Below are positions 9,251 through 19,775 of a DNA stretch of 64,000 nt, one piece after another; position 1 is the stretch's first letter, and every line of letters begins with the position of its first letter. The notes beneath the pieces are model-generated. The model saw nothing but the letters and a program-made list of their open reading frames with translations, did not search any database and was not told the DNA's origin. Source of the stretch: Methanocellales archaeon (GTDB lineage: Archaea; Halobacteriota; UBA148; JAUWXC01); the NCBI GenBank assembly GCA_030018435.1, contig JASEEY010000001.1, positions 83,641 to 147,640 of the forward strand, written 5' to 3'. The position numbers and the translations under genes were made by a program.

Positions 9251-10798
9251 ATGAAATTTAACCCAGCTGAAATTAAAGAGAGGGCAAGAAAGGATTTTGA
9301 GAGCACATGGAAAGAGACGGCCAGTTTTGTTGATAGAGAGGTCAGAAAATTCAACCTACCAAAGAAGAAGGGGAAGACGCATCCATTGACAACATATTCA
9401 GAGAAAGCACGTAACATACTTCTCGATATGGGCTTTGATGAAGTCATGCTGAAGCCTATCTGGGATGAGCAACATGTTAAGCTCCAGTATGGTCCTGAGG
9501 CGCCAGCTATCTTAGACAGACTTTATTATCTTGCAACGCTTCCTAGACCGGATATCGGTCTATCTGATGAGAAGAAGAAATTAATAGGGCGTAGAATCAA
9601 GGGCTTCAACAACTTCGAAAAACTCCAAGACATCTTGAAGGATTACAAAAGGGGCAAGATAGAATCTGGAGAGGATTTTACGGAAGCGCTGGTTACCGGA
9701 TTAAACATAAAGACCGAGGATGCGCACTTTTTGATTAACGATGTCTTTTCTGAACTAAAAGAGGTCAAACCAGAGCCGTCTACTCTAACACTGGTCTCGC
9801 ATTTGACCACGGCGTGGTTCCCAACGCTTCAAGCGATCCAAGGTAAAAGAGAATTGCCAATAATGTTATTCACTCTCGGATGGCGCTTCAGGAGGGAGCA
9901 GAGAGAGGACCCAACGCATATGAGGGCGCATTACAACCTGAGCACGGTCGTCATGGATGAAGATTTTACAATAGCAGACGGGAGATACATTACCGAGGAG
10001 TTTTTCAAAAGGATGGGATACGACAAAATAGAATTTCGGAAGAAGCCGAGCACGCCTGCCTACTATGCCCCTGGCACCAACTATGAGGTATTCGTAAAAC
10101 ATCCAGAGCAGGGATGGATTGAGGTTACCGAGATTGGCATGTATTCACCGGTTGCGCTTGCCAATTATGATATTACATACCCCGTCTTTAACTCTGGTCC
10201 TGGTTTAGGCAGAATAATCATGTTATCCGAAGGTATCGGGGATATCAGGGAGGTTCATTTCCCGGAATTCTATACAGAGCTGACCCTGAGCGATGAGAGA
10301 ATCGCTGCCATGATCAGTATTGACAAAAAGCCGGAGACGCCTGCAGGAAAGGAGATTATAGAGGCAATCATCAAGACGTGCGAGAAATACGGCAATGTAC
10401 TCTCTCCATGCAGATTCGAGGCATGGAAAGGCAATGTCGGGGGCAGACACATAGGAGTGTACGTAGTAGAGGAGGAGAAAAACACAAAACTCTGCGGACC
10501 GGCATTTCTCAATGAGATAGTGGTATATCGCGGCGATGTCATCGGTGTTCCGCCAACGAAAAGATTTGAGGAAATCCGCAACAAGGGTATTCGCACTGGC
10601 ATCAAGTTCATCGACGGATTTGCCGCACTGGCGGCGCATGAAATCGAGCGCGGAGAGAGGACCATCAAGATAAAGATAGCAGAGGCACTGAGCGATGTAA
10701 ATGTGAAGATAGATCCTGTCGCGATTAGGTATATCCAGAGCAATAACAAAAAACTCGACATAAGAGGTCCTGTGTTCACCACTGTCAAGGTTGAGTGA
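9251..10798 (+). CDS. sepS: O-phosphoseryl-tRNA(Cys) synthetase (SepRS)
   Basis: Strong match to recalled M. jannaschii SepRS blocks: GPEAPAILDRLYYLATLPRPDIGL, KPEPSTLTLVSHLTTAWFPTL, FRREQRED and GPVFTTVKVE. An alternative start lies at 9242. Confidence 0.9.
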   Translation: MKFNPAEIKERARKDFESTWKETASFVDREVRKFNLPKKKGKTHPLTTYSEKARNILLDMGFDEVMLKPIWDEQHVKLQYGPEAPAILDRLYYLATLPRPDIGLSDEKKKLIGRRIKGFNNFEKLQDILKDYKRGKIESGEDFTEALVTGLNIKTEDAHFLINDVFSELKEVKPEPSTLTLVSHLTTAWFPTLQAIQGKRELPIMLFTLGWRFRREQREDPTHMRAHYNLSTVVMDEDFTIADGRYITEEFFKRMGYDKIEFRKKPSTPAYYAPGTNYEVFVKHPEQGWIEVTEIGMYSPVALANYDITYPVFNSGPGLGRIIMLSEGIGDIREVHFPEFYTELTLSDERIAAMISIDKKPETPAGKEIIEAIIKTCEKYGNVLSPCRFEAWKGNVGGRHIGVYVVEEEKNTKLCGPAFLNEIVVYRGDVIGVPPTKRFEEIRNKGIRTGIKFIDGFAALAAHEIERGERTIKIKIAEALSDVNVKIDPVAIRYIQSNNKKLDIRGPVFTTVKVE

Positions 10799-10799
10799 G

Positions 10800-11513
10800 A
10801 TGAAGTTGCTCCTTTTGTTGCCAACTCTAAATGAAGAAGGAGCGCTAAAGGCGCTGGCAAATGAAATTCCCAATGAATTTGAAGTTCTGGTGGTGGATGG
10901 ATGCTCGACGGATGGAACGAAGGATGTTGTACTCAAGCACAATTGGCAATTCATCACCCAGAGGTATGGCAGGGGCAAGGGATGTGGCATCAGGACGGGC
11001 ATGGAAGAGTTTCTGAAGACAGATTGTGATTATCTTGGTATCATCGATGCGGATTACACATGCGACCCCAAGGAAGTGGCAAGAATACTGCAGGCGCTGA
11101 AGGATGATGACTTCGAGGTGATGCTGGGCAGTCGCGATAAGGCGAATCAACTGCAGTATTTAGGAGAGTTTTCAGTATTCGTCAACTGGCTCATATCTAG
11201 CATGGTATCACACGTATATAAGCAGAAACTATCCGACGTCCAGACTAGCTATTGGCTGTTTACCAGAGATGCAGTCGATAGAATCTTGCCATGCTTAGCG
11301 GCGAGTGGTTTTGAAATCGAATATGATTTGCTATACAATGCGTGGCGACTGGGATTAAAAATAGGGGAAACACCCGTAAGTATCAGAAGAAGGATAGGGA
11401 AGAGCAAATTTAGTACATATCACAGGTTCAAGCAGATAGTATATGGACTGAAATATCTATTTCTGAGCCTGGGGCACCTACATGGAAAGCGATATTTTTT
11501 GCAAAAAGCGTGA
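10800..11513 (+). CDS. GT2 glycosyltransferase, dolichyl-phosphate mannose/glucose synthase-like
   Basis: GT-A fold motifs (VLVVDGCSTDGT, IIDADYTCDP); about 238 aa. The ORF track begins at TTG 10791. Confidence 0.65.
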   Translation: MKLLLLLPTLNEEGALKALANEIPNEFEVLVVDGCSTDGTKDVVLKHNWQFITQRYGRGKGCGIRTGMEEFLKTDCDYLGIIDADYTCDPKEVARILQALKDDDFEVMLGSRDKANQLQYLGEFSVFVNWLISSMVSHVYKQKLSDVQTSYWLFTRDAVDRILPCLAASGFEIEYDLLYNAWRLGLKIGETPVSIRRRIGKSKFSTYHRFKQIVYGLKYLFLSLGHLHGKRYFLQKA

Positions 11514-12156
11514 TATTATATCACTGCTTGAGACTCAAAAAATCGTGGCCGATCAAGCAATCGTTGAAGATCGATTTGAAACGCTGAAAGGCGTTGCTGG
11601 CGTAGATCAGGCATTTTTTGATGACAAGGTCATCTCTGGAATTGTCGTTCTTGATTATGAGACGATGGATGCTCTGGAGAAGATACACTCAATTGAAGAA
11701 GTCGATTTTCCCTACATCCCCACTTTTCTGTCATTCAGAGAAGGACCTGCAATCGTATCTGCATTTCGCACCCTAAAAAACAAACCTGACCTACTGATGG
11801 TCGATGGATGTGGCATCAATCATCCCCGCAGGGCAGGGCTGGCAACCCATGTCGGCGTTGCGCTGGACACGCCAACGATAGGCGTCGCGAAGAGACTATT
11901 GTGCGGGGTCGTCAAGACGCCTACGAAAGTCGACGAGTGTAATCCTATACTCTTAGATGGCAAGCACGTAGGCGCATCCCTCCTCTCAAAGAGTGGTTGT
12001 AATCCCATCTACATCGCACCAGGGCATAGGGTTTCTCTGCGCACTACGATCAAGATTGTAAAACATTGCCTGCGCGGATACAAGCTTCCGGAGCCGATAC
12101 GAGTTGCGCATGAGTATGTTGGCAGGGTCTCGAAACGTTTAAACAGTGGGACGTAG
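11482..12156 (+). CDS. nfi: Endonuclease V (deoxyinosine 3' endonuclease)
   Basis: EndoV motifs FPYIPTFLSFRE and VDGCGINHPRRAGLATHVGV. Confidence 0.85.
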   Translation: MESDIFCKKRDIISLLETQKIVADQAIVEDRFETLKGVAGVDQAFFDDKVISGIVVLDYETMDALEKIHSIEEVDFPYIPTFLSFREGPAIVSAFRTLKNKPDLLMVDGCGINHPRRAGLATHVGVALDTPTIGVAKRLLCGVVKTPTKVDECNPILLDGKHVGASLLSKSGCNPIYIAPGHRVSLRTTIKIVKHCLRGYKLPEPIRVAHEYVGRVSKRLNSGT

Positions 12157-12175
12157 AGGGTAAGGTGGGTTTAAC

Positions 12176-12604
12176 GTGGATAAGAGAACAAAAGCCCCAC
12201 GGCAATGGACACTTCTCGCTGCAACAGCAGGTCCAGAGCCGGCATCCAGAAAAGTGAACTTGATAATTGATATCGCCAAACAGTTAAATGCAAGATTGGT
12301 GGTTTTGTATGTCATCTTAGCTCTGGGTTCAGTTCCTCCATCCTACTGGGTAGAAGATGGAAGAAAGGCCATTGAAATTTTTAAACAGGCGGGTAAGAGA
12401 GAGAGTGTTGATGTCAGAGGTGTGCTGGTGGAGAGTGAACATATTGATAGTGCGATTCTAAGCACTGCCGAAGATGTTGGTGCGAATATGATCATATTAG
12501 GTGTAGGGCGTCACAGCGTTTTGAGACATCTCTTAGGTGGTGATTTCATAGAACACATCATATATCGTTCCCAGCGGCCTGTAATAATAATCCCTACACT
12601 TTAG
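12176..12604 (+). CDS. Universal stress protein (UspA family)
   Basis: Usp alpha/beta fold signature; C-terminal GxGxHS-like GVGRHSVLRHLLGG. Confidence 0.6.
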   Translation: MDKRTKAPRQWTLLAATAGPEPASRKVNLIIDIAKQLNARLVVLYVILALGSVPPSYWVEDGRKAIEIFKQAGKRESVDVRGVLVESEHIDSAILSTAEDVGANMIILGVGRHSVLRHLLGGDFIEHIIYRSQRPVIIIPTL

Positions 12605-13862
12605 CAGTGTTGTAGATATACCATGCGATGCCTGTGCTCAATACGCCAAATCCTATGATTAAATCTTTCGCGCCAAACTGCGCTATTAAAATTAAGCAGG
12701 AAGCAGCACCAAGCATTGGAGTTACAGGATATCCAGGTGTTTTAAAGGCAGGCATTTTCTTCTTCACTTGCCTGTTGTATATCACCGCAAAGTCAACGAG
12801 CATAAACGCAAATAGAACCAGAACGTTAGCAGCCTTCGCAAGTTTTTCGATATCCGCGATTATGGCTCCTGCAATCACCACAATTCCAATGAGGAAGACG
12901 GATATGTGCGGCGTCTTAAACGTCGGGTGAACCCTAGAAAGGATGAAGGGCAGATTTCTGTCCCGCCCCATCGCCAAGGATATCCGAGATGCAGCTAGGA
13001 TGCACATGTTGATGGTGGATATCATCGCGAGAAATCCAATAATCGTTATCAAAATTATTCCAGCATCACCCATAACCACCTCAGCTACGTCAACTATGGC
13101 CTTTGTTGGGTGAAGCTCATCATAGGCTACAATGCCGGTCATAGCGAGCGCGACCAACATATACACGCAGGTCACCACCCCGATCGAAAGCACCATTGCG
13201 CGCGGGGCATTGCGCTCTGGTTCCTTCAACTCCTCCACCATGGTTGCGATTATAGCGAAACCTATGAAGGTCACGTAGAGAAGTCCGGCGGCTTTAAAGA
13301 CGTTGCTCCAGCCATAAGGCGCAAAGGGCCAGTATAAAGCTGGATTGATGCTTGGAATGCAAATCGCTGAAAAAATGCCCAACGTGACGAGTAGTATGAG
13401 CGTGATGATGTTCTGTAGTTTGGACGATATGCGTACACCAACGTAGTTGACGAACGTTATTGCAATGCCAATTGTGACTATGCCTAACGTTCTCGGTATG
13501 TGTTGAAAGAAAACGCTGGCAAACACGATCAACCCCAATAGGCTGAACCCAGATTTAACCACCAAGCTGAACCATTTTCCCCAACCGGCAAGGAATCCCC
13601 AGATGCCTCCTACAGTTTCGTTGACGAGGACGTATGCTCCGCCCGCCTTGGGTATTGCCGTAGCTAACTCGGCGTGACAAAGAGCAGTCAGCATAGAAGC
13701 GATACCAGCAATAAGGAAGGAGATGATGATAGCAGGTCCAGCCATATTTGCAGCGAGACCAGGTAGCACGAAGATACCTGCACCGACCATTGCCCCGATG
13801 CCAATCATCGATGCATCTAAAAACCCAAGGATGGGGGGTAGTTTATCATATTGTTTTACCAT
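12594..13862 (-). CDS. Amino acid permease (APC superfamily)
   Basis: Twelve TM helices and APC motifs (GIGAMVGAGIFVLPG…). The ORF track extends to 14162, but an in-frame MVKQYDKL start at 13862 fits the family length of about 423 aa. Confidence 0.8.
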   Translation of the reverse strand: MVKQYDKLPPILGFLDASMIGIGAMVGAGIFVLPGLAANMAGPAIIISFLIAGIASMLTALCHAELATAIPKAGGAYVLVNETVGGIWGFLAGWGKWFSLVVKSGFSLLGLIVFASVFFQHIPRTLGIVTIGIAITFVNYVGVRISSKLQNIITLILLVTLGIFSAICIPSINPALYWPFAPYGWSNVFKAAGLLYVTFIGFAIIATMVEELKEPERNAPRAMVLSIGVVTCVYMLVALAMTGIVAYDELHPTKAIVDVAEVVMGDAGIILITIIGFLAMISTINMCILAASRISLAMGRDRNLPFILSRVHPTFKTPHISVFLIGIVVIAGAIIADIEKLAKAANVLVLFAFMLVDFAVIYNRQVKKKMPAFKTPGYPVTPMLGAASCLILIAQFGAKDLIIGFGVLSTGIAWYIYNTAKV

Positions 13863-13961
13863 GTTTTGCACCTTACCCCAGCTTCTTGAGAACTTTGGTG
13901 TGTTTTGGTACAGACTCGTTATATATCTGTCGAACTTGGCTTGTGAGTTTATGTAACGTTT

Positions 13962-14900
13962 TTGTACGGAGCTGGCAATATACAAATCAAATGCATCCGC
14001 ACTGTGATACCAATGATCAAATATCAACTTATGCACGCAAAATCGATGTTGGTCGGCTCGCCAGACGAGTGGTTTAGGAGCGGATGGAATCTGAACACAT
14101 ATCGCGGGTGCGAGCACGCCTGCAATTACTGTTACGCGAGATCCCACAAATACCTGATACATTCAACCGAGGAGGCTTTTGATCGAACCATATTTGTTAA
14201 AATAAACGCGCCTCAGGTTCTGCGAAGAGAACTGGAAAAACTTTCGAAAAAAGGAAAGAAGGGCATCATTTGCTTTAATTCGGCATCTGACCCCTATCAG
14301 CCTTGCGAGGTGAAATACAAAATCTCGAGAAAAGTGTTAGGAGTCATAAAAGATTACCACTTCCCGTGTCACATAATGATGAAATCCGACCTAATCTTAA
14401 GAGACCTGGACCTGCTCAGAGAAGTCTCAGAAAGAGCTTGGTGCACCGTCTCCTTCACCATAACGACCTTTGAGCTAGCGGAGCTATTGGAGCCAAAAGC
14501 ACCAGAGCCAGAGAGGAGGTTGAACGCGATGAAGAAACTATCCGAGGAAGGGGTTTCAACTGGTATTCTCCTGATGCCCATCATTCCTTACCTAACTGAT
14601 AATAAAGAGAACATCGAGGAAATCGTCGAGAGGGGTGCTGAGAGCGGCGCCGAGTACGTGATCCCGGGAGAGATGACTTTGCGGGACGCGCAAAAGGAGA
14701 GATTTATGAAATTGCTGGAAGAGACATTTCCTGAACTAGTGGAGAAATATGAGGCCCTGTATAAAAACTCAATCCCCGGCGAGGAATATAGGTCGAAGGT
14801 CACTGAAATCATCAAGAGCGTCTGCCATAAGCATAAAATGCCCATGAGAATACCAGAGCCAAGGATTAAGAGATATGTGCAGAGCGAGCTGCTGCCCTAG
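13962..14900 (+). CDS. Radical SAM domain protein (SplB-like / DNA repair photolyase-like family)
   Basis: CEHACNYC is a CxxxCxxC motif. The protein is about 300 aa. The true start may be an internal Met (MIKYQL… or MHAKSML…). Confidence 0.6.
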   Translation: MYGAGNIQIKCIRTVIPMIKYQLMHAKSMLVGSPDEWFRSGWNLNTYRGCEHACNYCYARSHKYLIHSTEEAFDRTIFVKINAPQVLRRELEKLSKKGKKGIICFNSASDPYQPCEVKYKISRKVLGVIKDYHFPCHIMMKSDLILRDLDLLREVSERAWCTVSFTITTFELAELLEPKAPEPERRLNAMKKLSEEGVSTGILLMPIIPYLTDNKENIEEIVERGAESGAEYVIPGEMTLRDAQKERFMKLLEETFPELVEKYEALYKNSIPGEEYRSKVTEIIKSVCHKHKMPMRIPEPRIKRYVQSELLP

Positions 14901-14959
14901 CAAAAGCCTTAAAATACTATTATTCAATATTGAGAAGTATATCAATATTGAGGAGATAT

Positions 14960-15619
14960 ATGGCAGATATCAATGCGCTCAAAAAACTGGCATTATTGGG
15001 TGCCATCAAAGGTCCAATTCAACTATCGTCATCCAGCTTCGCCAAGCACATATCATCGAGCACCCAGACTGCATCACGGCGACTGCAAGCACTTGAGCGA
15101 GAGGGATTGATTTCCAGAAGCATTCTCCCGGCAGGAGGACAACATATTACGATCACCAAAAGCGGGAAGGATGCGTTGAGAAACGAATGCTATGAGTACC
15201 AAAAGATTTTCGAACCGATCAAGAACGAAGTTATGCTAAGGGGCGAGGTGATCACCGGTCTCGGAGAAGGACAATACTATATGTCGCTGGAAGGATACAG
15301 AACGCAATTCAAAGATAAATTAGGATTTATACCATATCCGGGCACGCTAAACCTCATACTGGATGATAAGAGTACTGTCCTCAGGAAGAAATTGGATGAA
15401 GATGAGGGCATCCCAATTCATGGTTTTAGCTCCCAGCAAAGGACGTTTGGTGGTGGCAAGTGCTTCAGGGCTGCGATTGAAGGAATAGAGGGTGCAGCCA
15501 TACTTCCGGACAGGTCACACTACCCTAATAATGTATTAGAGGTCATTGCACCAAAAAATCTTAGAAAAATGCTCAGGCTGAAGGATGGGGGTGAAATTAG
15601 CGTGAGGGTCGTCTTATGA
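14960..15619 (+). CDS. ribK: CTP-dependent riboflavin kinase fused to an N-terminal wHTH domain (RbkR-like regulator/kinase)
   Basis: An N-terminal HTH (…ASRRLQALEREGLISR) is followed by an archaeal RibK domain (GEVITGLGEGQYYMSLEGY…GFIPYPGTLNL). GGAG lies 4 nt before the ATG at 14960. Confidence 0.75.
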   Translation: MADINALKKLALLGAIKGPIQLSSSSFAKHISSSTQTASRRLQALEREGLISRSILPAGGQHITITKSGKDALRNECYEYQKIFEPIKNEVMLRGEVITGLGEGQYYMSLEGYRTQFKDKLGFIPYPGTLNLILDDKSTVLRKKLDEDEGIPIHGFSSQQRTFGGGKCFRAAIEGIEGAAILPDRSHYPNNVLEVIAPKNLRKMLRLKDGGEISVRVVL

Positions 15620-16314
15620 AACGTAAAATTGAGAACGTATGCAAAGCGATTGCATCCGTGAAAAGGGGCAATGTCGTCCTGATATACGACTCTGATAATA
15701 GGGAGGGAGAAACCGATATCGTGATGTCTGCGTGTGCGGTCACCCCGAAACACGTAGCACTGATGCGAAGGGATGCGGGTGGGCTGATATGCGTTGCGAT
15801 ACATCCCATCGCAGCGGAGCGACTTAGGCTACCATTCGTGTCAGACCTTTTGAGATATGCAAGCGGCAGTGGCCTTGATGTCGCGGAAGTAGTAGAGAGG
15901 CCGGGTGATGTTCCATATGACAGAAGTTCGTCATTCTCGCTCTGGGTCAATCACAGGAAGACCTTTACGGGAATAACAGACATCGATAGGGCGCTGACCA
16001 TCAACGAGATTGGCAAGGCCGTCCGCTTATCGATGAACGGTGCTGGGATCGATTTTGGCAAGGAGTTTCGCTCGCCGGGACATGTTCCGTTGCTGAGAGC
16101 AGCGAACAATCTGCTTCGCGAGAGAAGAGGTCAGACCGAGCTGTCGATTGCCCTAGCTGAGCTTGCAGGAATTACACCTGCAATGGTCATGTGTGAGATG
16201 TTAGATGAAGGGAGCGGAAGGGCGCTTTCTAAAGAAGGTGCCAAGCGCTACGCAGACGTCCGCGGACTCGTTTTCCTCGAGGGTGACGAGATCATAGATG
16301 CGTGCGACCGCTGA
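15616..16314 (+). CDS. ribB: 3,4-dihydroxy-2-butanone 4-phosphate synthase
   Basis: DHBP synthase motifs (DSDNREGETDIVMSA, GHVPLL). Confidence 0.85.
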   Translation: MKRKIENVCKAIASVKRGNVVLIYDSDNREGETDIVMSACAVTPKHVALMRRDAGGLICVAIHPIAAERLRLPFVSDLLRYASGSGLDVAEVVERPGDVPYDRSSSFSLWVNHRKTFTGITDIDRALTINEIGKAVRLSMNGAGIDFGKEFRSPGHVPLLRAANNLLRERRGQTELSIALAELAGITPAMVMCEMLDEGSGRALSKEGAKRYADVRGLVFLEGDEIIDACDR

Positions 16315-16371
16315 TTTAAAAATCATAACACATATATTCCTTTGAAGATAGTGTACAGAGGTGGCATTCAT

Positions 16372-17241
16372 ATGTCTGGGCTTATCTACATAAATGGTGA
16401 TTATGTTCCAACGGAGGAGGCCAAGATATCGATTTTCGATCACGGGTTCCTTTACGGCGATGGTGTGTTTGAGGGAATACGAGCATACAACGGCAAGGTC
16501 TTCAAATTGGATGAGCACATCGATCGCCTGTACAATTCTGCCAGCGCAATATGTCTGAAGATACCCCTATCAAAGGAGGAAATGAAGGCAACCATCCTAG
16601 AATGTCTCAGAAAGAACGATTTAAAAGATGCGTACATCAGGCCAATCGTGTCGAGGGGTATCGGCGATCTAGGACTTGATCCAAGAAAATGTCCAAAGCC
16701 GAACATAATCATTATCACCCAAGAGTGGGGTGCGTTGTATGGAGATTTGTATGAAAAGGGGCTAGCAGCGGTGACTGTGGGTGTGCGTCGCAACCCGCCA
16801 GAAGCCCTCCCGCCAAACATCAAGTCATTGAACTACCTCAACAACATTCTCGCGAAGCTCGAGGCGAATGAGAAGGGCGGAGACGAGGCGATCATGTTCG
16901 ATGTTCATGGTAATCTTTCGGAAGGTACTGGTGACAATATTTTTTTGGTCAATAACGAGCACATCGTAACGCCACCCACGATAAACAATCTTGAAGGAAT
17001 TACGAGGGCTACCGTAATCGATATCGCGAAGAAGTTGGGCTACGTCGTCGAGGAAAAGAACTGTGGATTGTACGACCTTTACACCGCTGACGAAGTATTC
17101 GTTACCGGTACGGCGGCAGAGGTGGCACCCATGACAAAAATCGATGGACGAGTTATAGGAGATGGTAAGCCCGGCAAGATAACAAAGCAACTCATGGCAG
17201 AGTTCAAGAAACTGACCGAAAGAGATGGGACACCTATATAA
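16372..17241 (+). CDS. ilvE: Branched-chain amino acid aminotransferase
   Basis: PLP fold type IV BCAT motifs ([35 protein letters not shown]). An RBS precedes the ATG at 16372; the track starts at TTG 16342. Confidence 0.85.
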   Translation: MSGLIYINGDYVPTEEAKISIFDHGFLYGDGVFEGIRAYNGKVFKLDEHIDRLYNSASAICLKIPLSKEEMKATILECLRKNDLKDAYIRPIVSRGIGDLGLDPRKCPKPNIIIITQEWGALYGDLYEKGLAAVTVGVRRNPPEALPPNIKSLNYLNNILAKLEANEKGGDEAIMFDVHGNLSEGTGDNIFLVNNEHIVTPPTINNLEGITRATVIDIAKKLGYVVEEKNCGLYDLYTADEVFVTGTAAEVAPMTKIDGRVIGDGKPGKITKQLMAEFKKLTERDGTPI

Positions 17242-18874
17242 AGCCGTGCATTCCATGCATCAGGTAAGGTCCTATAAACAGGAATATGAACGATGCGAGA
17301 ATTAATAATGCCAGTCCGTTAACTACGACATTCGATATTCTCTCTTGTTTATCTTTATTTTTCGTAATGTGGCTCACCGCGGATATGGCCATCTCCCTGA
17401 ACACATGTCCACCATCCAGGGGCACTGCAGGCAGGCAGTTGAACAATCCGACATAGAAATTGATCCACGCAACCCAAAGTACGAGATTCGCAATCCAGAA
17501 AATTCCATTTCCCAATGGCAATGCCCATCCAACTGGCTGGTAGAATTGAATAACCGGGAACGTAAATCCAACAAGCTTTGACCCCATCACTCCCATGAAA
17601 GGAAGCCCAACTAGAATCAACCATCCAGACAGCGTACCCAGCATCGAGGGTATCGACTGCAAGAATGAAAGAACATCGGCAGCTGGGTACTCGCTAAGTT
17701 TAGCTCCCAGGAGATCAACAGAAGGTGCGACGGTAACGCCAAGAAATCCTTTTTTCATGCCTTCATGTGGGGGCTCAGCCAGCGTCACGTTAAAGACTTT
17801 TTCTGTGCCATTGTCAATGACCCGAACATTAACGGTCTGAGCAGGATGGGTGGCGTTCATAGAAGTCATAAATAAATCCAAAGTAGGAGTGGGCATATTA
17901 TTTATTCTGACGATCCTCATACCTGGCGTTATACCTGCATCTTTGGCAGGATATCCATCGATCACATCCATGATCTCCACTCCAAAGATGATATTTTGCG
18001 GGGTCACATCTACATTGAACGTCTTTTTTATTCCATTATCCACGGCATGAACCGCGATAGGACCTCTTGGCTGGATGGAGTGCATGAAGGAGTAGACATC
18101 GTGGATGCTCGTTATTTCGACCTTGTCCAGCTGGGTTATGATTACTCCCTGTTGAATTCCAACTAAGTCAGCAGGCGATCCAGGTGTTACGCTGGCAACC
18201 ATCACGTTGCCGGTAGGCACAATCGCTCCCAGAATGGGGCCAAAGAATAGTATGAATGCGATAAGCGCTATGACAAAATTGGCCATGACGCCAGCGATAA
18301 GAATGCGAACTCTTTCATCTTTCGTGGCAAGCGGTTTGACCTTCTCGCCAGTTTCTTTTATCCCGAACAGTTGCTCATCATCAAGCTCGGTAAAAAATGC
18401 GACTGGTATCAGCGCCAGCACGATGCCCATGGATTTTACCCTGATGTTTTCCACCTTGCCCAAGATGGCATGAGAGAATTCGTGGACAACTATGGCAACG
18501 ATTAACCCAACCAAGCCCCATATGAGTGGAATGAACTCATTTATGCCCGGCAAAAGGAGGATGTTCCTGGGTTCGGTGAGCGCCGAAGGATAGATTGGGT
18601 GGACCAACATGAGATAATCTGCGTAAAGCAACACTGCAAACATAAAGCACATCGCAATCAACATCAGCGGTTGCCCCGCACCTGCGAACGTTCTCCAGAA
18701 CCGTCTGGGCTTAGCTAAGCGTTCTAGCAGTTTCTGCCCCTTTTTCGTGCCGATCATGAGTAGCGGACCGTGCGCGCGGATGTTATGCCGCTCCAGCACG
18801 CCTTTTTTGTCAAGGGCTGATATGATGGCCCAGTATATGCCGAAAATCGCCAGCACCAGCAGCGTAGAGTTCAA
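17234..18874 (-). CDS. Site-2 protease family (M50) membrane metalloprotease with PDZ domains
   Basis: HEFSHAILG is an HExxH motif sitting in a TM helix. Internal PDZ-like segments are present. Polytopic membrane protein. Confidence 0.8.
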   Translation of the reverse strand: MNSTLLVLAIFGIYWAIISALDKKGVLERHNIRAHGPLLMIGTKKGQKLLERLAKPRRFWRTFAGAGQPLMLIAMCFMFAVLLYADYLMLVHPIYPSALTEPRNILLLPGINEFIPLIWGLVGLIVAIVVHEFSHAILGKVENIRVKSMGIVLALIPVAFFTELDDEQLFGIKETGEKVKPLATKDERVRILIAGVMANFVIALIAFILFFGPILGAIVPTGNVMVASVTPGSPADLVGIQQGVIITQLDKVEITSIHDVYSFMHSIQPRGPIAVHAVDNGIKKTFNVDVTPQNIIFGVEIMDVIDGYPAKDAGITPGMRIVRINNMPTPTLDLFMTSMNATHPAQTVNVRVIDNGTEKVFNVTLAEPPHEGMKKGFLGVTVAPSVDLLGAKLSEYPAADVLSFLQSIPSMLGTLSGWLILVGLPFMGVMGSKLVGFTFPVIQFYQPVGWALPLGNGIFWIANLVLWVAWINFYVGLFNCLPAVPLDGGHVFREMAISAVSHITKNKDKQERISNVVVNGLALLILASFIFLFIGPYLMHGMHGFI

Positions 18875-18930
18875 TCAATGCCCCCATAAAGTTATTTTAG
18901 GTCCATCCATATTATAGGTGGTGACTGAAA

Positions 18931-19233
18931 TTGTTCTCGGTGGTATATATAACCGCGAACGATCTGGATGAGGCGAAGCGCATTTCGCGTGTTTTGGTAG
19001 AGGAAAGGCTGGCTGCATGTGTGAACGTGTTTCCGATAACCTCAATGTATCACTGGGATGGGCTACGAGAGGAAAAGGAGGTTGCGCTGATCGCAAAAAC
19101 GAAGACCGCGAATGTTAAAAAAGTGGAGAACAGGGTGAAGGAGTTGCACAGTTATGACGTTCCGTGCATCATTTCGTTCCAAATTGATGGTTCTGAGGAG
19201 TTTTTGAAATGGATAGGAGATGAGGTTAAATGA
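18931..19233 (+). CDS. cutA: Divalent-cation tolerance protein CutA
   Basis: CutA1 fold signature; 100 aa. Confidence 0.8.
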   Translation: MFSVVYITANDLDEAKRISRVLVEERLAACVNVFPITSMYHWDGLREEKEVALIAKTKTANVKKVENRVKELHSYDVPCIISFQIDGSEEFLKWIGDEVK

Positions 19234-19775
19234 AGATTGACACAGATGCGAAAGCGAATCGTTTGTACAGCCCGCAGCTGGTGGGTTTGATTACTACAAT
19301 AGACCCCAGCGGAAAGCCGAACGTTGCGACGTTTGCATGGATTACGAGTGTCTCATCCAATCCTGAGATGATTGCCGTTTGTCTCGCGCCAAAGAGGTAT
19401 ACATACGAGTGCATTGCTCAGAGCGGAGAGTTTGTGGTAAACCTGCCAACCGTCGATATCATCGATAGTGTCTGGTTCTGTGGAAAGCACTCTGGAAGAG
19501 ATGTCGACAAATTTAAAGAGACGGGGTTAACGCCTCTCGACTCAATAAAAGTCAAGCCCCCAAGAATTAAAGAGTGTGCCGCACATCTGGAGTGTAGGTT
19601 GGCAAATACGTTTGAGGTCGGTGATCACATCATCGTCATCGGCGAGGTTGTCGCCAAATCGTGTGACGAAAGTGCGATAGTAGATGAAACCCTAAATATT
19701 ACAAAAGTCAAGCCCCTGCTTCATGCAGGAGGCTCTAAATTCGTGGTTGCAAAGGAGATCATGGATGTGAAATGA
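19230..19775 (+). CDS. Flavin reductase-like (FMN-binding split-barrel) domain protein
   Basis: Motif pattern of flavin reductase-like proteins (…LITTIDPSGKPNVATFAW…); 181 aa. Confidence 0.55.
   Translation: MKIDTDAKANRLYSPQLVGLITTIDPSGKPNVATFAWITSVSSNPEMIAVCLAPKRYTYECIAQSGEFVVNLPTVDIIDSVWFCGKHSGRDVDKFKETGLTPLDSIKVKPPRIKECAAHLECRLANTFEVGDHIIVIGEVVAKSCDESAIVDETLNITKVKPLLHAGGSKFVVAKEIMDVK

Noticed and set aside
9091-9447. 118-aa minus-strand ORF overlapping the sepS start region.
   Set aside because: It overlaps the strongly supported SepRS N-terminus and the intergenic promoter region and has no start context. The short lysine-rich ORF at 9014..9142 is the better-supported reading of this strand.
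13863-14162. A 100-aa N-terminal extension of the APC permease ORF, and the overlapping 13723..14077 plus-strand ORFs.
   Set aside because: The in-frame start at 13862 (MVKQYDKL) gives a normal-length transporter. The extension has no TM or conserved character and would overlap the radical-SAM gene promoter.
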